DNA of 63,721 bases, filler included, from Octopus bimaculoides (GCF_001194135.2; 5 parts of 5 records of this genome joined end to end with filler, not necessarily neighbours in it); one strand, 5' to 3'. Counted from the first letter of the whole stretch, positions 24,079 to 37,170 are shown. The notes: generated by a model not told the origin, from the sequence alone. Numbers and translations are program-made.

Positions 24079-24178
24079 NNNNNNNNNNNNNNNNNNNNNN
24101 NNNNNNNNNNNNNNNNNNNNNNTTAATTAATTAANNNNNNNNNNNNNNNNNNNNNNNNNNNNNNNNNNNNNNNNNNNN
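24079..24178. other. Artificial scaffold-join linker N44-TTAATTAATTAA-N44
   Basis: Exactly 44 N + 12-mer with stops in all six frames + 44 N; identical at 40576, 56428 and 60918. Confidence 0.95.
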
Positions 24179-24231
<53 letters not shown>

Positions 24232-25172
24232 ATACTGTCAAAATGAGGATGTAATTTCCTCATCAGTGACTTCTAGCCACATGAACAAAGGGAGATTACT
24301 CCTTATCATTTGTTTGCCTTAGAAATACGTGTTGAGTTTTACAGCACTACATGGTATCATTTTATTTTTAGCAAAAATATAAAAATTCCTCTTAATCCTT
24401 ATATATGAAGTACATTTTCTCTTCATAATCGAATGTATCTTTTAGTCCATTGAAATGCTAAATATTAATAATAATCATTTCAACTTTCCTACGAAATACA
24501 TTCTAAATAACTATTTTACTATACAATATGGAATTATTCTTCTATCTTAACTATAACTTGTAAATATTATAACGAGCTTTTATTTCTTAATATTTTATAT
24601 TTCATATCATATATCCCAAATCAATTATACTTATTCCCATTATTCTAATTAATTGACTACTTTATTCCCTTAACACATAGAGCAATATATTTTCAAATAC
24701 ATCGTAATCTGCAAATCAGGTGGATTGATACCTCAAAGATTTCTTCAGTGTAATAACAAAGACTATGCACGGACATGCTTCTGGAAAACTTGAAGACAAC
24801 CGTAATGTTGATTCGAAACGCAGCCTCTCTTTATTTCGTGGCCGACTCAACATACCACACTTCGAAATCTATGCATTTTCAATTAAATGAAGGGAAAATA
24901 TACAATAATCAAAAGAGACAAAAAAGCTCTTGGAGATGTATGATGCTGTGGAAAATGTAGATTATGTCATATTTCTGTGTAAAACATCACACATATGGGA
25001 CGCGAAGCAGCTGTGCAGAAATGCCATGTAGGTACTACCTCCCAATGCAAAATGACGTTGTACTACAAACAATATATGCATGTGACCGTGTGTGTATCGT
25101 TAGCGATTTTCTTTCTCCGTCTTCCCATCTTTGGACTTTTTCTGTATTTCTGATGAAGAACTCCGCTCAAAA

Positions 25173-25650
25173 CCGGAAATCCTCTTTCTTTTCTTTCCTC
25201 TCTAGAGCGTCCAATAACCCTGTACTTACTGCACGTCCTCGCAATGTTGTTTTTTCCTGTTTTTTCTTGCTTGTTCATGTTTGGATTGACTATATATATA
25301 TATATATATGAGAAGTCCACTGTGTGGTGTTATTATTTTCTGTAATAATGCCCTTTATATAAATATAAACGAATAATTATATTCTTGGGAATAGAAATTT
25401 CCCTTATGAATTTTTTTACACAATGGCTTCTTGATAAAATTATTGTAAAATAGTTTTATCCCTTTTTGAATTTATTTATCAAATATATACACGGAATATA
25501 TTCAATGTTGAATTTTTATTCCTGTCTCCACATGGGTACCGAGAAGCAACCCGGAAGTATTCCCGCTTCTTTGATGAAGATATATACAGATAAACTTCAT
25601 TCCCTTTACTCTGTCGGATACGTAGTGTGTTCGTTTTTGGTGAGGTGAGA
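25173..25650. promoter_or_regulatory. Candidate divergent promoter region with two ETS motifs and outward-facing splice donors
   Basis: CCGGAAAT at 25173, CCGGAAGT at 25551. Minus-strand donor GCA|GTAAGT at 25229; plus-strand donor GAG|GTGAGA at 25645. Locally raised CpG. Confidence 0.35.
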
Positions 25651-25888
25651 ATTCTGTTTATTTATATATATGTTTGGGACAATACTGTGCTGATGAACGA
25701 AATCTAGATTCATTCTAGTAATCGCGAAATCAGCCGATACACAGTTAAGTTTATTTAAAAGAAAGTTGGTCGTCTTCTGTTGGTTGTTTTTCCTCGCATT
25801 AGGTACTAAATATGGTTATTTTGAGAAGTCCACTGTGTGGCGTTATTATTTTCTGTAATAATGCCCTTTATATAAATATAAACGAATA

Positions 25889-25923
<35 letters not shown>

Positions 25924-26015
25924 NNNNNNNNNNNNNNNNNNNNNNNNNNNNNNNNNNNNNNNNNNNNNNNNNNNNNNNNNNNTAATAATGCCCTTTATAT
26001 AAATATAAACGAATA

Positions 26016-26053
<38 letters not shown>

Positions 26054-26059
26054 ATGTCA

Positions 26060-26430
26060 TTCACAAAAAATGGGCTGTCCTGGTATAAATATAGAGAACG
26101 CACCTGTTGGTGAATACATACACAAATATCAACACATGATATACTAGTGGAACAATATCACCAAAACATGGGTTATATAACTATGCCCATCTGTCCTGCT
26201 GCTGTGAGGAAAACTATGGCCAACTGCTTCGAAACCTACAGATTCTATATCCAAATTATAAATTCACATTGATACCAATACCAATTGGTACACTTGGTTT
26301 TTTCTGGAAATAGCTTAGTGAAAATCTGGATGAGGTAAGATTTTCATGAAAATGAATTACCACACTAACTTGCACATTTAAATTACAATTTGTAAGTGGA
26401 ACAGTAAAATTATCCAAGACTTTTCTGAGG
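26060..26430 (+). mobile_element. R4/Dong-type LINE 3' relic (restriction-like endonuclease end)
   Basis: EENYGQLLRNLQILYPNYKFTLIPIPIGTLG, homologous to 37770-38050. Confidence 0.6.
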
Positions 26431-27403
26431 TTTAAAATGTTACGTTGTTTACTATATCTACATGGCAACGCGGATCTTTGTATTTTTTTAAATAAACCAA
26501 CTCCCTCTTCAGAGAAAAATTAAAGCATTTAAAGCATAAAAGAGTATATAAATATCCATACATATTTATGCACTCAGAGAAAACAACACAAGCACACACA
26601 GGTAATAGAAACACATGTGCTTCATTCTTTTTGAATTCAAACAATTTCAGATGCTACTCAACTTGATCTCTAATTGCTTTTCAAAAATTGGAACAGGCAT
26701 TAAAGAATCTCCAATACGAATAAATAGTTGTACAATGTTCGTATATTACATGTCAATTATTGACGTTTGAGAAATGATTCTGAATGAAGTTTAGTTATTA
26801 TGATATCATTGTGTTTCAAATGCAGAACAATTCTGTGTTTGTCAATGTGGATTGAAAAATTATAACTGATTACGAATGTACTCAAAACGCATACAAAATG
26901 ATTGTATTGAAGCTATGAGAATGTCAATGAGAAAAATGTAACGAAATTTAAATAAGCACGAATACACTCTGTAAGATGATATACGTTTGCTATACTTAAA
27001 TGCATGGTGAAAGCGTATACGTAAACGCAAATTTGTAACTCACAAACACGTTTACGTGTATATATGTATGTATAAGTATATNNNNNNNNNNNNNNNNNNN
27101 NNNNNNNNNNNNNNNNNNNNNNNNNNNNNNNNNNNNNNNNNNNNNNNNNNNNNNNNNNNNNNNNNNNNNNNNNNNNNNNNNGAATGGCAGTTAAAAAAAA
27201 TCTGTGATAGAAAAAAACAGCAGACAGAAGATAAAAGAGTTGTTTTTATGTCTTCTCAGTTTTTATGCTTATGAGGTCAGTCTCTAAGAGCTTGTGTTTT
27301 TATGGTCGGTTGACTTAGTTAGGCCGGGTGACCCTGAAACAAAGAGGTCTGCGAAAAACAAATATGTTTATTTTATACACCCAGCAGAAAGAAAATAGAT
27401 TTC

Positions 27404-27417
27404 GTAACCATGGCAAC
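27404..27417. promoter_or_regulatory. RFX X-box motif
   Basis: GTAACCATGGCAAC matches the GTHNYYATRRNAAC consensus, within a CpG-enriched stretch; half-site CATGGCAAC also at 26461. Confidence 0.45.
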
Positions 27418-27877
27418 GAATGGCGTATATCATTGATCGAACGCACTAATTTCGCAATAGCGAAATGCTTCTTTGAAAGACTGTGACGAAGAATAAAATA
27501 CATCAGCGTAGAAAATAAAATAAAAGTAATATAACAATAAAACCAAAATAATATATAAAAATTAGAGAACATTAATTTTATCTTACAAAATATACCAACC
27601 ATCATCTTACTCGTTGTTTAAATGTAAGAGTGTGGTTATGTATCGCTAAACGCTACAACATATAAACTTGCAATTATTTTCCTAGAAAGCTGTTTTGACA
27701 GACATTCCACAAAAAAGTATGTTGGAAATATAAAGTACAAAGATTCCGGTGCAATATAATTATTTATAAATTCCTTTTATTTAACTTCACATATTTTGAA
27801 ATATTTGGGCTCAGAAAATCCAACACACACGCATATAAATACATACATGTATAAATATATATATATATATACATATA

Positions 27878-27921
<44 letters not shown>

Positions 27922-28317
27922 TATACACATACATGCACTGATATGTATATACGTATTTAATGTATACCAGCTGTTATACTACTTGGATTAAAATTTATTT
28001 CAATTTCTCCATCAAATATTTTTCTATGAATCTCTATAAATTGATGTTGTTTTTGTATGTATCTGATTCCGACTCTTGTAAAACTAAAGGAACTGTATTG
28101 GAAGACATGACCCCAAGCAATACGTTTCTGTATTCTGCTAAAATATCCATTAATCCCAAAGAATTATTATTTGTTTCATACGAGGTCATTCACTTTCTAT
28201 AAAAGTCTGGATTATATCTCCGTTCAGTCACGTCAAATGAATCTTAGACTTAGAACTTCTTAAACACACACACGCACACACACACACACACACATACACA
28301 CACACACACACACACAG

Positions 28318-28361
<44 letters not shown>

Positions 28362-28465
28362 GTATATAAATTAAATAACTATCAATAACACTACTTAACA
28401 TGATGTTAATAATAAAGTGGCTACCAAGTTTAGACATTTGTAAGTAAAATATAAATTAAATACAC

Positions 28466-28972
28466 AAGGGTATTGAAATACCACTTGCTATGAACAGAGC
28501 TGTCGCTCTAAACCACAAATTACTCATTATAAAAATGCACATGGTGGAAGCGATATTCATACCAGAGACAGGCTTGCTTTGCATAAAATACATAAGTAAT
28601 CATGTGTATATTCCAGGATCTATAGATCTCGCTTCGTGTATTAAAAACATACTTGTCTAAACTTGCTAGCGGGGCATTGAAATGTATGAACGCACACGGT
28701 GTATTGTGGTGAATATTTCAGAAATAGCGTATATAGAAGTAATTTGTCGATATACGAAGCGAAATCTACAGTTCCTGGAATATACAGATCCTTATGCACT
28801 CCATGTAAGGTAAGTCTGCCTCTGTTATGTTTATCACAACCACCGTCTGTATTTTTATATTTATTTATTTATTTATTTATTTATGGGTTTCAGCCAAGTG
28901 GCTGTGGTCATGCTGGAGCACCACCATATAGTGAGTAAACTGTAGTTTAGAGCGTGGTATTTCAATGCCCTT
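28466..28972. repeat. About 500-bp degenerate palindrome (foldback/MITE-like)
   Basis: Inner arms 28605-28641 and 28750-28786 are 33/37 reverse-complementary. Similarity extends out to 28466 and 28972. The right arm is interrupted by a SINE tail + (TTTA)n at about 28845-28925. Confidence 0.75.
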
Positions 28973-29288
28973 CTGAATTTTATATACATACAAGTTCATA
29001 CATAAACAAACATAGATATATATGTTTCCTTTAATGGCCGCAGTCACTGGACTATAACAATGCTGGGACATTGCACTGAAGGAGTTTTCTCGTACGTATC
29101 AATCCTAGTATGTATTGGTTTAGGCTTGGTAATTCTCCTGATACGCTTCTATTTTACACTTAAAAATGGAGACACATACATGCATACACATACACAGATA
29201 CCCATACATACATGTATACATACATACATACATATATACATTTATTTATACATTCATATGTGTGGGCGAGTGTGTTTGTCTGTGTGCG

Positions 29289-29322
<34 letters not shown>

Positions 29323-30742
29323 CACANNNNNNNNNNTATATATATGCACACACACACACATACAAACAGACACACACGCAGGCACACACACGCACGCGCG
29401 CACACACACACACACACACACAAACATACACCCACACACATATATATAATTTGCATCTTACAAGCAAATTCACTCCGGAGCATTTTTAGCCAGTTTTTTT
29501 AACGGTTTAAGTTTTGTTGATCGGAGTCTGTAAAATTTTATTTTTCTTCACACTAACCACAAATTTCTATTTTCCCGAACTCCTACCAGATTATTATTAC
29601 AATAGTTTAAAAAAAAAAAAAAAAACATTTTAAAATTTCAAGTCCGCGAAACTCCTACTTCACGTTCTTTTTTTTTTTTTCTTTTTTGCAGACTCCTTTA
29701 TCGATTACTCTTCAAACATAAAATTCAAAAGCATGTTGTGGGTCGTTGATTTCTTAAGACGCTCGGTCGAAGACTAGTGCCAACTTCTCAGCTACTTTTA
29801 GTGGCGTTCATTTTGTTCAAAGCTATCGATTTCATGTTCGGTCTGATGATAAATATGTCGACTTTATAGCGCGTTACTTCAAACTGGAGGAACCGTGATT
29901 CATATATTTTTTCTCATTTTCAGCTCACAAGTTTTTAAGGATCTACACAAAGAACAAAGATGATGCTAACCCTTCGCTGTCTAACCACTGAATACAGGTG
30001 GCGATACATTTTCACATAATTTTAAATATCTTTTAGAACCTATATCTTTAATAAAACCGATTTGATTTTATACTTAAAATGAATAATAAACTAACAGAAA
30101 TCAGATACAGAAAGGTATATGATACAATACATTACGGAATTGTTTTTATTCTGCTAAAGTAATTCTCACAAGAGTACTCTGAAATAGATCCACACAGCAT
30201 TGAGGAAACGTCTCGCTTAAAACGGAAATCTCACTAGAACTTATTGTATCATATGTAATTTAGTTCTCGACAGAATATATACTTTGCTCTGGGCATGAAA
30301 ATATTCAATTTTCTACGAAATTATTGCTTAATTGCTTAAAATTAGCTTACAGCTCTTTCAGCATTGCTTGCAATTACCGCTAGCCATTCTTCCTTTTTTT
30401 GAAGTAATGAATAAATTTCTATTCAATGAAAACTTTCCGAGTACGGCATTGAATAAACAATTTACTCATTTTATAAGTGAAATTATCAACGTATTTAATC
30501 ATTTAAGAGAAAATATTTGCTGCACGTAACATACCGTTAAAGAAAACTTATGATTTATCTTAAGGATTTAGCTTGAGTAACCGGAAAGTTTTCCTTAAAA
30601 GAATTCGGGTCTCGGCATTATCCGCTAAGAACACAGACCTGCACATTTTAATTAGTGCCACGATCATGAGATTTTAAGCTTAATATGGACATCCACGCAT
30701 GAAATAATTTTACGAATAAATCTATTCTGTTGCAAATACAAG

Positions 30743-30854
30743 AAAACACGTCAGACTCTATTTGTGCGAACCTGTACATGAATGTTGACCCTACGAATTA
30801 CGAGAATCACAACGGTCACGCATCTGACGTCCTCAGAATATTCACTAACAACAA
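30743..30854 (+). CDS. Candidate exon of unknown gene (..MNVDPTNYENHNGHASDVLRIFTNN)
   Basis: Open frame, ATG at 30778, strong donor AA|GTAAGT at 30855; acceptor weak; product not recognised. Confidence 0.3.
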
Positions 30855-31424
30855 GTAAGTATTGTCCCGGTGAGAGGATAAAAGATTCGAGAAAAGGACA
30901 ATAACAATATATACCTGTGGTTCGGAATCGAACGAGATTTTTAGATAACGAAAAAAAAAAACAGCATGCATAAAAGGAAAGATATGCTAAAATAAAATGT
31001 TAACACAAATGAGAGCGATCTCATTTGAGTTAGCCTTTCAAGGTAACAATTTTTTTTTTGCCTGTTGGGTTGTGTGTTACATAGAAAACTCTATGCTAAT
31101 TTGTTTCATTTTGGCTCTGAATTGAAAAAAATAGTCTTTAATATTCTGAAGTTCACATAAACTTATAAGGCAGATTACACTTTTCTTCCTGCAGTCATGA
31201 ATAAAAAAAAAAAAATAAATAAACAAATAAAAAACTCAGATTGCACAGTATGTGTGTGTATAATATACTCTCTATCCTGTACGCACAAATATATTTATCT
31301 ATGTATTTAACTCGGCGGGATTTGATCTCAATATGTAACGAATCGGATAAATTTCCACTATGCATTTTGTTCGACATGCTAACATTTCTCCCGGCTCATC
31401 GCCTTCAATGATAATAAATACATT

Positions 31425-31950
31425 TCTTCTATATGCACAAGGCCTGAAATTTGGGAAACGGTGTATTCGATTACATCGACCCAGTACATGACTGGTATTT
31501 AGTTCATCGATAGCGAAGAGATGAAAGGCAAAGAAGGCTACGCCAAAATAATGGCTTCAATTTTTGTCAGGGTGATGGGACTAGTCGATTACATCGACAC
31601 CGGTACTCAACTGGTACTTAATTTATCGACCCCGAAAGGATGTAAAGTAAAGTCGACCTCGGCAGATGTTGAACAAGAGATGTAAAGACAGACAACATAC
31701 CGCTAAGCATTTTACCCAGAGTGCTAATGAGTCTGCCACCTCAAACATTTGTCCTAATCAATAATAATAGCATGCAATTTTCGTACAAGCCAGCAATTTC
31801 AAGGAATGAGGTTGAGCTGATTACATTAGTCCCAGTGCTTAACTGCTACTTATTTAATCGATTCCGAAAGGCAAAAATAACTTCGGTGAAATTTCAACAG
31901 ATATTGCGAAATAGTTTCCCTGGCGTGCTAACGATTCTGCCAGCTCGCCC
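31425..31950 (-). mobile_element. Three tandem copies/fragments of the Octopus-type SINE
   Basis: Repeated CGATTACATCGACCC.AGTAC..ACTGGTA.TT and GCCAGCTCGCCCCC heads at about 31430-31530, 31575-31745 and 31775-31950. Confidence 0.75.
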
Positions 31951-31951
31951 C

Positions 31952-31952
31952 C

Positions 31953-31999
<47 letters not shown>

Positions 32000-32021
32000 T
32001 ATAATAATAATAATAATAATA
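31952..32021 (+). repeat. (AAT)n microsatellite
   Basis: About 23 AAT units directly upstream of the R4/Dong fragment. Confidence 0.95.
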
Positions 32022-33465
32022 ACTCAGCACGTGAACAACTCTGGACCCCTATAACAACTGAAGAGTTCACCGAGGCACTGCAGAAACTAAGCAACTTGAA
32101 GGCAACCAGGTACGATAAGAATCCCAACTTCTGGTTAAAGTATCTGACAGGAACACATAAAAAGCTGCCTGAGAAATTTAATGAAATGCTAGCAGAGTCA
32201 GGGACAATGCCTGAATGGCTCACGGAAGGGAAAACTATCCTAATTCTTAAATCCATTGAAACGGCAAATCCACAAAATTACAGACCAATAACTTGTCTCC
32301 CAACAATTTACAAAGCCTTTACTGCAATAATATCGCAGAGAATGAGCAAATATCTGGATGCAAAAAACCTGTTTCGAGAAGGGCAGAAGGGATGCTGCAA
32401 GTGCTCATACGGCTGTAAAGATCAACGAATGTTCAGTAACTGAAGACAGCCGCAGAAAGAAGAAGAAGCGTCTAAATATTGCTTGAGTCGATTACTGCAA
32501 GGCTTTTGATAGTATTCCCCACACATCAATCCTAGAAACACGAGCCATGAACAAGGTGGCACCAATAATCATAAAATATATATATAACACATTCCATGAA
32601 TAAATTGAAGACAGTGCTACAGCTCCGAACAAAAGAGGGACTCATAAAAACCAAAGCCATCCCCATTAGAAGAGGAATATTCCAGGGAAACATGCTCTCC
32701 CCACTCCTTTTCTGCTTGGAACTGATACCTTTATCTGATATGCTAAATAGAACTGGAGGCGGATCAGCCAGCTCTTATATATGGATGAACTAAAACTGAT
32801 ACAAATGAGAAATAGCTGGAAACATTACTACAGATAGTACATGGAGTTACCAAATAAATAAATATGAAATTCGGCTTAGAAAAAATATGCCAAAGCAACC
32901 TTGAAAAGAGGAAAGCTAGTTAAGAGTAGCACCACCACACAATATGTAGTAAATGAAATAAGAAAATTAGACCCAAGCCAGGCATACAAATATTTAGGAA
33001 TGAATGTACTAGACACAATAAAAGACACACAATTGAAAGAGAAAATAAAAGAAAAAGAATACTATAGACGAGTTAGATTAATACTGAAAACAGAGTGCAA
33101 TGCGATAAACAAGATAATAGGTATCAACGTTCTAGCCGTCACAGTTATAGGTTACAGTTACAATATCCTTAACTGGACGCTAAATGAATTAATCCAAATA
33201 GAGAGGAAAACAAGAAAAATAATGTCAGAATTTAGGATGCACCACCCAAAATCTGACATAGAAATGTTATATATACAACGTATAGAAGGTGATAGAAGCC
33301 TTATACAGCTTATACACAAGCTTGAAAACTATAACAAAATAACCACCATAGGACTGGAAAAATAACTACTTCAGAAGCAAGGAAAACTAATACGAATAGT
33401 CACAAAACACAAGCAAAGTAAAAAACTGTCTTTTAGTTTTTAATGAATCTGACAAATACAAACAA
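32022..33465 (+). mobile_element. R4/Dong-clade LINE RT fragment (5' truncated, decayed)
   Basis: NFWLKYL, PEWLTEGKTILI.K, NYRPITCLPTIYK, QKGC.K.SYGCKDQ, DYCKAFDSIPH, GIFQGNMLSPLLFCL, YKYLGM, EYYRRVRLILK, HHPKSDIEMLYI.R.EG.R.LIQL. Confidence 0.9.
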
Positions 33466-33468
33466 TAA

Positions 33469-34210
33469 ATCAAGGTCCCAAGGTACTTATAGCTGAATTG
33501 AGCATGAATTGCCTTCATCATTTCACCACTTGTCAACCATATGCCTTCAGTTCTGAAAAGGATTCCACTTCTCAGCGATAAGTACCTGGAAATACTTGAG
33601 ACAGTTGAAATCAAAGACTATGACATGAAGGAAAATACAAATAGAGAGTACCTGCGACGAGTGAGAAAAATACTGGCTTCAAAGCTGAAAAGAAGAAACA
33701 TAATTTCAGCAATAAACTCGCACTCAGTCTCAGTAGATTGGTATGGCGTTGGAATGCCGGAGAAGACAGAGGATGGACTAAAGGAGATGGTCAAGAAATC
33801 AAGAAAACATCTAAAGATTCATCAAGCCCATCATCCACGTGCAGACACTGATCGCCTATACATGAAAAGAGCGAATGTAGGAAGAGGACAGATAAGTGTG
33901 GAAGACTGCATGCGTATCGAACTTGAGAACTTAATAAGATACCTAACCCAAAGTAAGGAAATCCTGCTAGTGACATTAAGGAACGATGGAATATTGAAAG
34001 TAGAGAATTGCGGAAAAACAAAGGAAGAAGGGCAAAAATACCTTAAGGAAAATTACATAAGAAGGGACTACACAATCAATTCCATGTAGCCACAACAGAA
34101 GTGGCTGGAATAAATAATTGGGATCGGCTGCTGAAAGGAACACTAAAACAAGAGACCAAGAGAACTATACTGGCAGCACAAGGCCAACCTTTGTCCGCGA
34201 ACTGGAGGGT
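33469..34210 (+). mobile_element. Second R4/Dong-type LINE copy with inverted 5' segment
   Basis: 33469-33576 reads on the minus strand LRSGILFRTEGIWLTSGEMMKAIHAQFSYKYLGTL. From 33576 the plus strand reads DKYLEILE..REYLRRVRKIL..HHPRADTDRLYMKR..GRG..LKQETKRTILAAQGQPL. Confidence 0.85.
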
Positions 34211-34399
34211 CAACCTTACATGATAATAGTTTAACAGTTGAATTGTTTGGGTGTAATTTGATTTTGCAAAGGATATTTTGTATCCAATTTTAAATACTTC
34301 ATTCTTAATATGTGCAGAGATGAAACAATATCTAGCCTCACCAGATTTCTCTTTTCTCATTATCCAAATATTAATATACGCATAAATTTTAGAGTGTTT

Positions 34400-34700
34400 T
34401 AACATATATCTACGTGTAGTTAGAGCATGACAATGTTTTTAATGTTAAACGTAGCAATGCCCTTACCTCTCCTACACCACCCTCTACACCGGCAATCATC
34501 ATCGAAACTAACACATCACCGACTCCTTCAACTGCACTTCTACCAATGTCATCTACTACATATCCTGCTTTCTCTGCCCTTCTCTATAAAAACGGGACGC
34601 TGCTTGGCTGCCCGGTTCGCAGAACACCTCCGAGACATCCGACTCGTGTGAACCCCCTGTCCGGCATTCGCCATGATAGATCGCTAGCCACTACACATTC
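34400..34700 (+). mobile_element. Penelope-like element GIY-YIG endonuclease relic
   Basis: FNCTSTNVIYYISCFLCPSLY..TGRCLAARFAEHLRDIR. Confidence 0.75.
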
Positions 34701-35892
34701 TTTATTTTCTCTCCTTGTTTTTTTTTTTCTGTGTCTTTTTGTGAATTCTCCCTATATATATATATATATATATNNNNNNNNNNNNNNNNNNNNNNNNNNN
34801 NNNNNNNNNNNNNNNNNNNNNNNNNNNNNNNNNNNNNNNNNNNNNNNNNNNNNNNNNNNNNNNNNNNNNNNNNNNNNNNNNNNNNNNNNNNNNNNNNNNN
34901 NNNNNNNNNNNNNNNNNNNNNNNNNNNNNNNNNNNNNNNNNNNNNNNNNNNNNNNNNNNNNNNNNNNNNNNNNNNNNNNNNNNNNNNNNNNNNNNNNNNN
35001 NNNNNNNNNNNNNNNNNNNNNNNNNNNNNNNNNNNNNNNNNNNNNNNNNNNNNNNNNNNNNNNNNNNNNNNNNNNNNNNNNNNNNNNNNNNNNNNNNNNN
35101 NNNNNNNNNNNNNNNNNNNNNNNNNNNNNNNNNNNNNNATATATGTGCGCGTGCGCGCGTGTTTGCGTGTGTGTGTGTGTGTGTGTATGTGTGTGTGTGT
35201 GTGTGTATACCAGTGAAAAAAGGAGATAAGGAAAATTCTTTAACATATCTTTAATCATAAGTTATAATTGTTTCCTTACCATCTCTATTTGCAGAGATAG
35301 TTTACGCAAAAATTTGAACTGAAAATTGATGTATCCTTTGCGATTTTAGACATTAGAGAGGCACTTCATCAGACTTGCATTCAAGATATGTTGTAGCATG
35401 TGTGTATGTGTATGGATGTATGTATGGATGTATATATGTGTATATGTATGTCATGTCAGAGGGTAGTTTTGTTTGTTCCTATACACTCTTCCAAAAACAC
35501 AGGCAGAGCCAGACCAACGATTGTATCCTATGAAAGGGTGAGATCAAACAATTAATACGGGAATACTTGAACAGTAATTTTGAAATATAATTTACAGCCT
35601 TCCACATCCAGTTGAAATAGGAAAATATTTGATCATTTTTAAGCTTCACGCTACGTTACTTTTCACCTCCTACACTTATTCACACCGTCATTACTTTATG
35701 AAATATAACTTGAGACTTATATGCAAATCCCCAATGCATTAAAACAGAATTAACCTACATTTCGATAGTTTAAAATTTAATATTTCTCGAACATACCTAC
35801 ATACATATATATATATGTGTATGTGTGTGTATCTGTTTGTATACATATCTATTTATATATCTACATATATATATACATGTATATATATATAC

Positions 35893-35953
<61 letters not shown>

Positions 35954-37099
35954 TGTGCATATGTATATATATGCATAGGTATATATACATATAACATACA
36001 CACACACACATGCAAACATACTCACATGTATATGTCTATCAATGCATATACACGCTCGGCCTCTTTCTCACTCTCACTCGCTCGCTCATACACACGCATA
36101 TATAAGTATATATAACAATAAAATTGTTACGGAAACATGACCAGCCTTATGCACATAAACAATGAAACCATAACATCTGAAACCACTCAAGTTTTTTTTA
36201 TTATTTTTATTCATATTCCATAAAACCGGCTTCTATATCAACAAAGAGCATTAGTTTCACCAAAACTAACAAAAACAACCTACAAAAACATGCAATCAAG
36301 ACAATGAACAGCGACGGTTTTCAGACGAGAACTATTGCATTAACTCCATTATATATGTAGTCATACGCTGCAATACGATAAGTTAGTTTGATTGTCAAAG
36401 AATACTGACCGTTCTGCTAACCTCAATGTCTTGTATCAATATCAAATGGTTTATATTTCCTGATCTCCTCATCGAAATCCGAGCTTCGCATTTTGACATA
36501 AGCTATGCATTCGATGAAAACTACAGCTTGTAAAATCCTACTCTATATGCTCTTTTTCGGCGTTCATCCAAGTTACATTTGTTTTCTGTCAAAGTTCATT
36601 TGCGATATTTCGTCTCAATTTCCTGATAGAAAATCGTCACATGGAGATACTAAATCTTACGTCAGAATGACATATCTTCTACTGTTTATTAAGATATTAG
36701 TTTTGTGTATATGGCGACTTTTCTTTAAGAAAACAGAGAGAGATTTTCTTCAAAATTGACATTTAATTTGAGCCAAGAGATATGACAAGGACATCGCAAG
36801 GTTAAGGAAACAGTTGAAGGATGGAAATATAGAATGAACAAGAAAGACTAGTGATGTGACCATCATATCAAATACCGATGTGATAGACTGTATAATCTCA
36901 GAGAATTGTTCTTGGTGTTTTTGATTAATGGTTTGTCACACTCAATACACTCATAGTGATATAGAATGCTACACATTGAAATCGACACATGCACACATAT
37001 GCACACACGTACAAACTCATATGCACACACGTACAAACACATATGCACATAACCTCACAAACAGACAGACACACACATACGCGTTAACATACACGCACA

Positions 37100-37146
<47 letters not shown>

Positions 37147-37170
37147 TCAACATATTTGGAGTTGTTGAAA

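Noticed and set aside
24123-24134. TTAATTAATTAA palindrome as a biological motif
   Set aside because: Always centred in exactly 44+44 N, so it is an assembly linker.
28682-28809. First coding exon MYERTRCIVVNISEIAYIEV... with GTAAGT donor
   Set aside because: Lies in one arm of the palindrome; the mirrored arm has homologous sequence without the donor, so it is likely fortuitous.
29060-29502. ORFs rich in YIYI/CVCV/HTHT (also 35825, 59369-59708, 63225-63540)
   Set aside because: Translations of (TA)n/(CA)n microsatellites.
29690-29910. CpG-rich stretch behind a poly-T acceptor (..HVRSDDKYVDFIARYFKLEE)
   Set aside because: All frames from the acceptor hit stops, no convincing donor, no recognisable homology.
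31721-32443. 240-aa poly-asparagine protein
   Set aside because: Chance read-through of SINE antisense + (AAT)n + decayed LINE RT.
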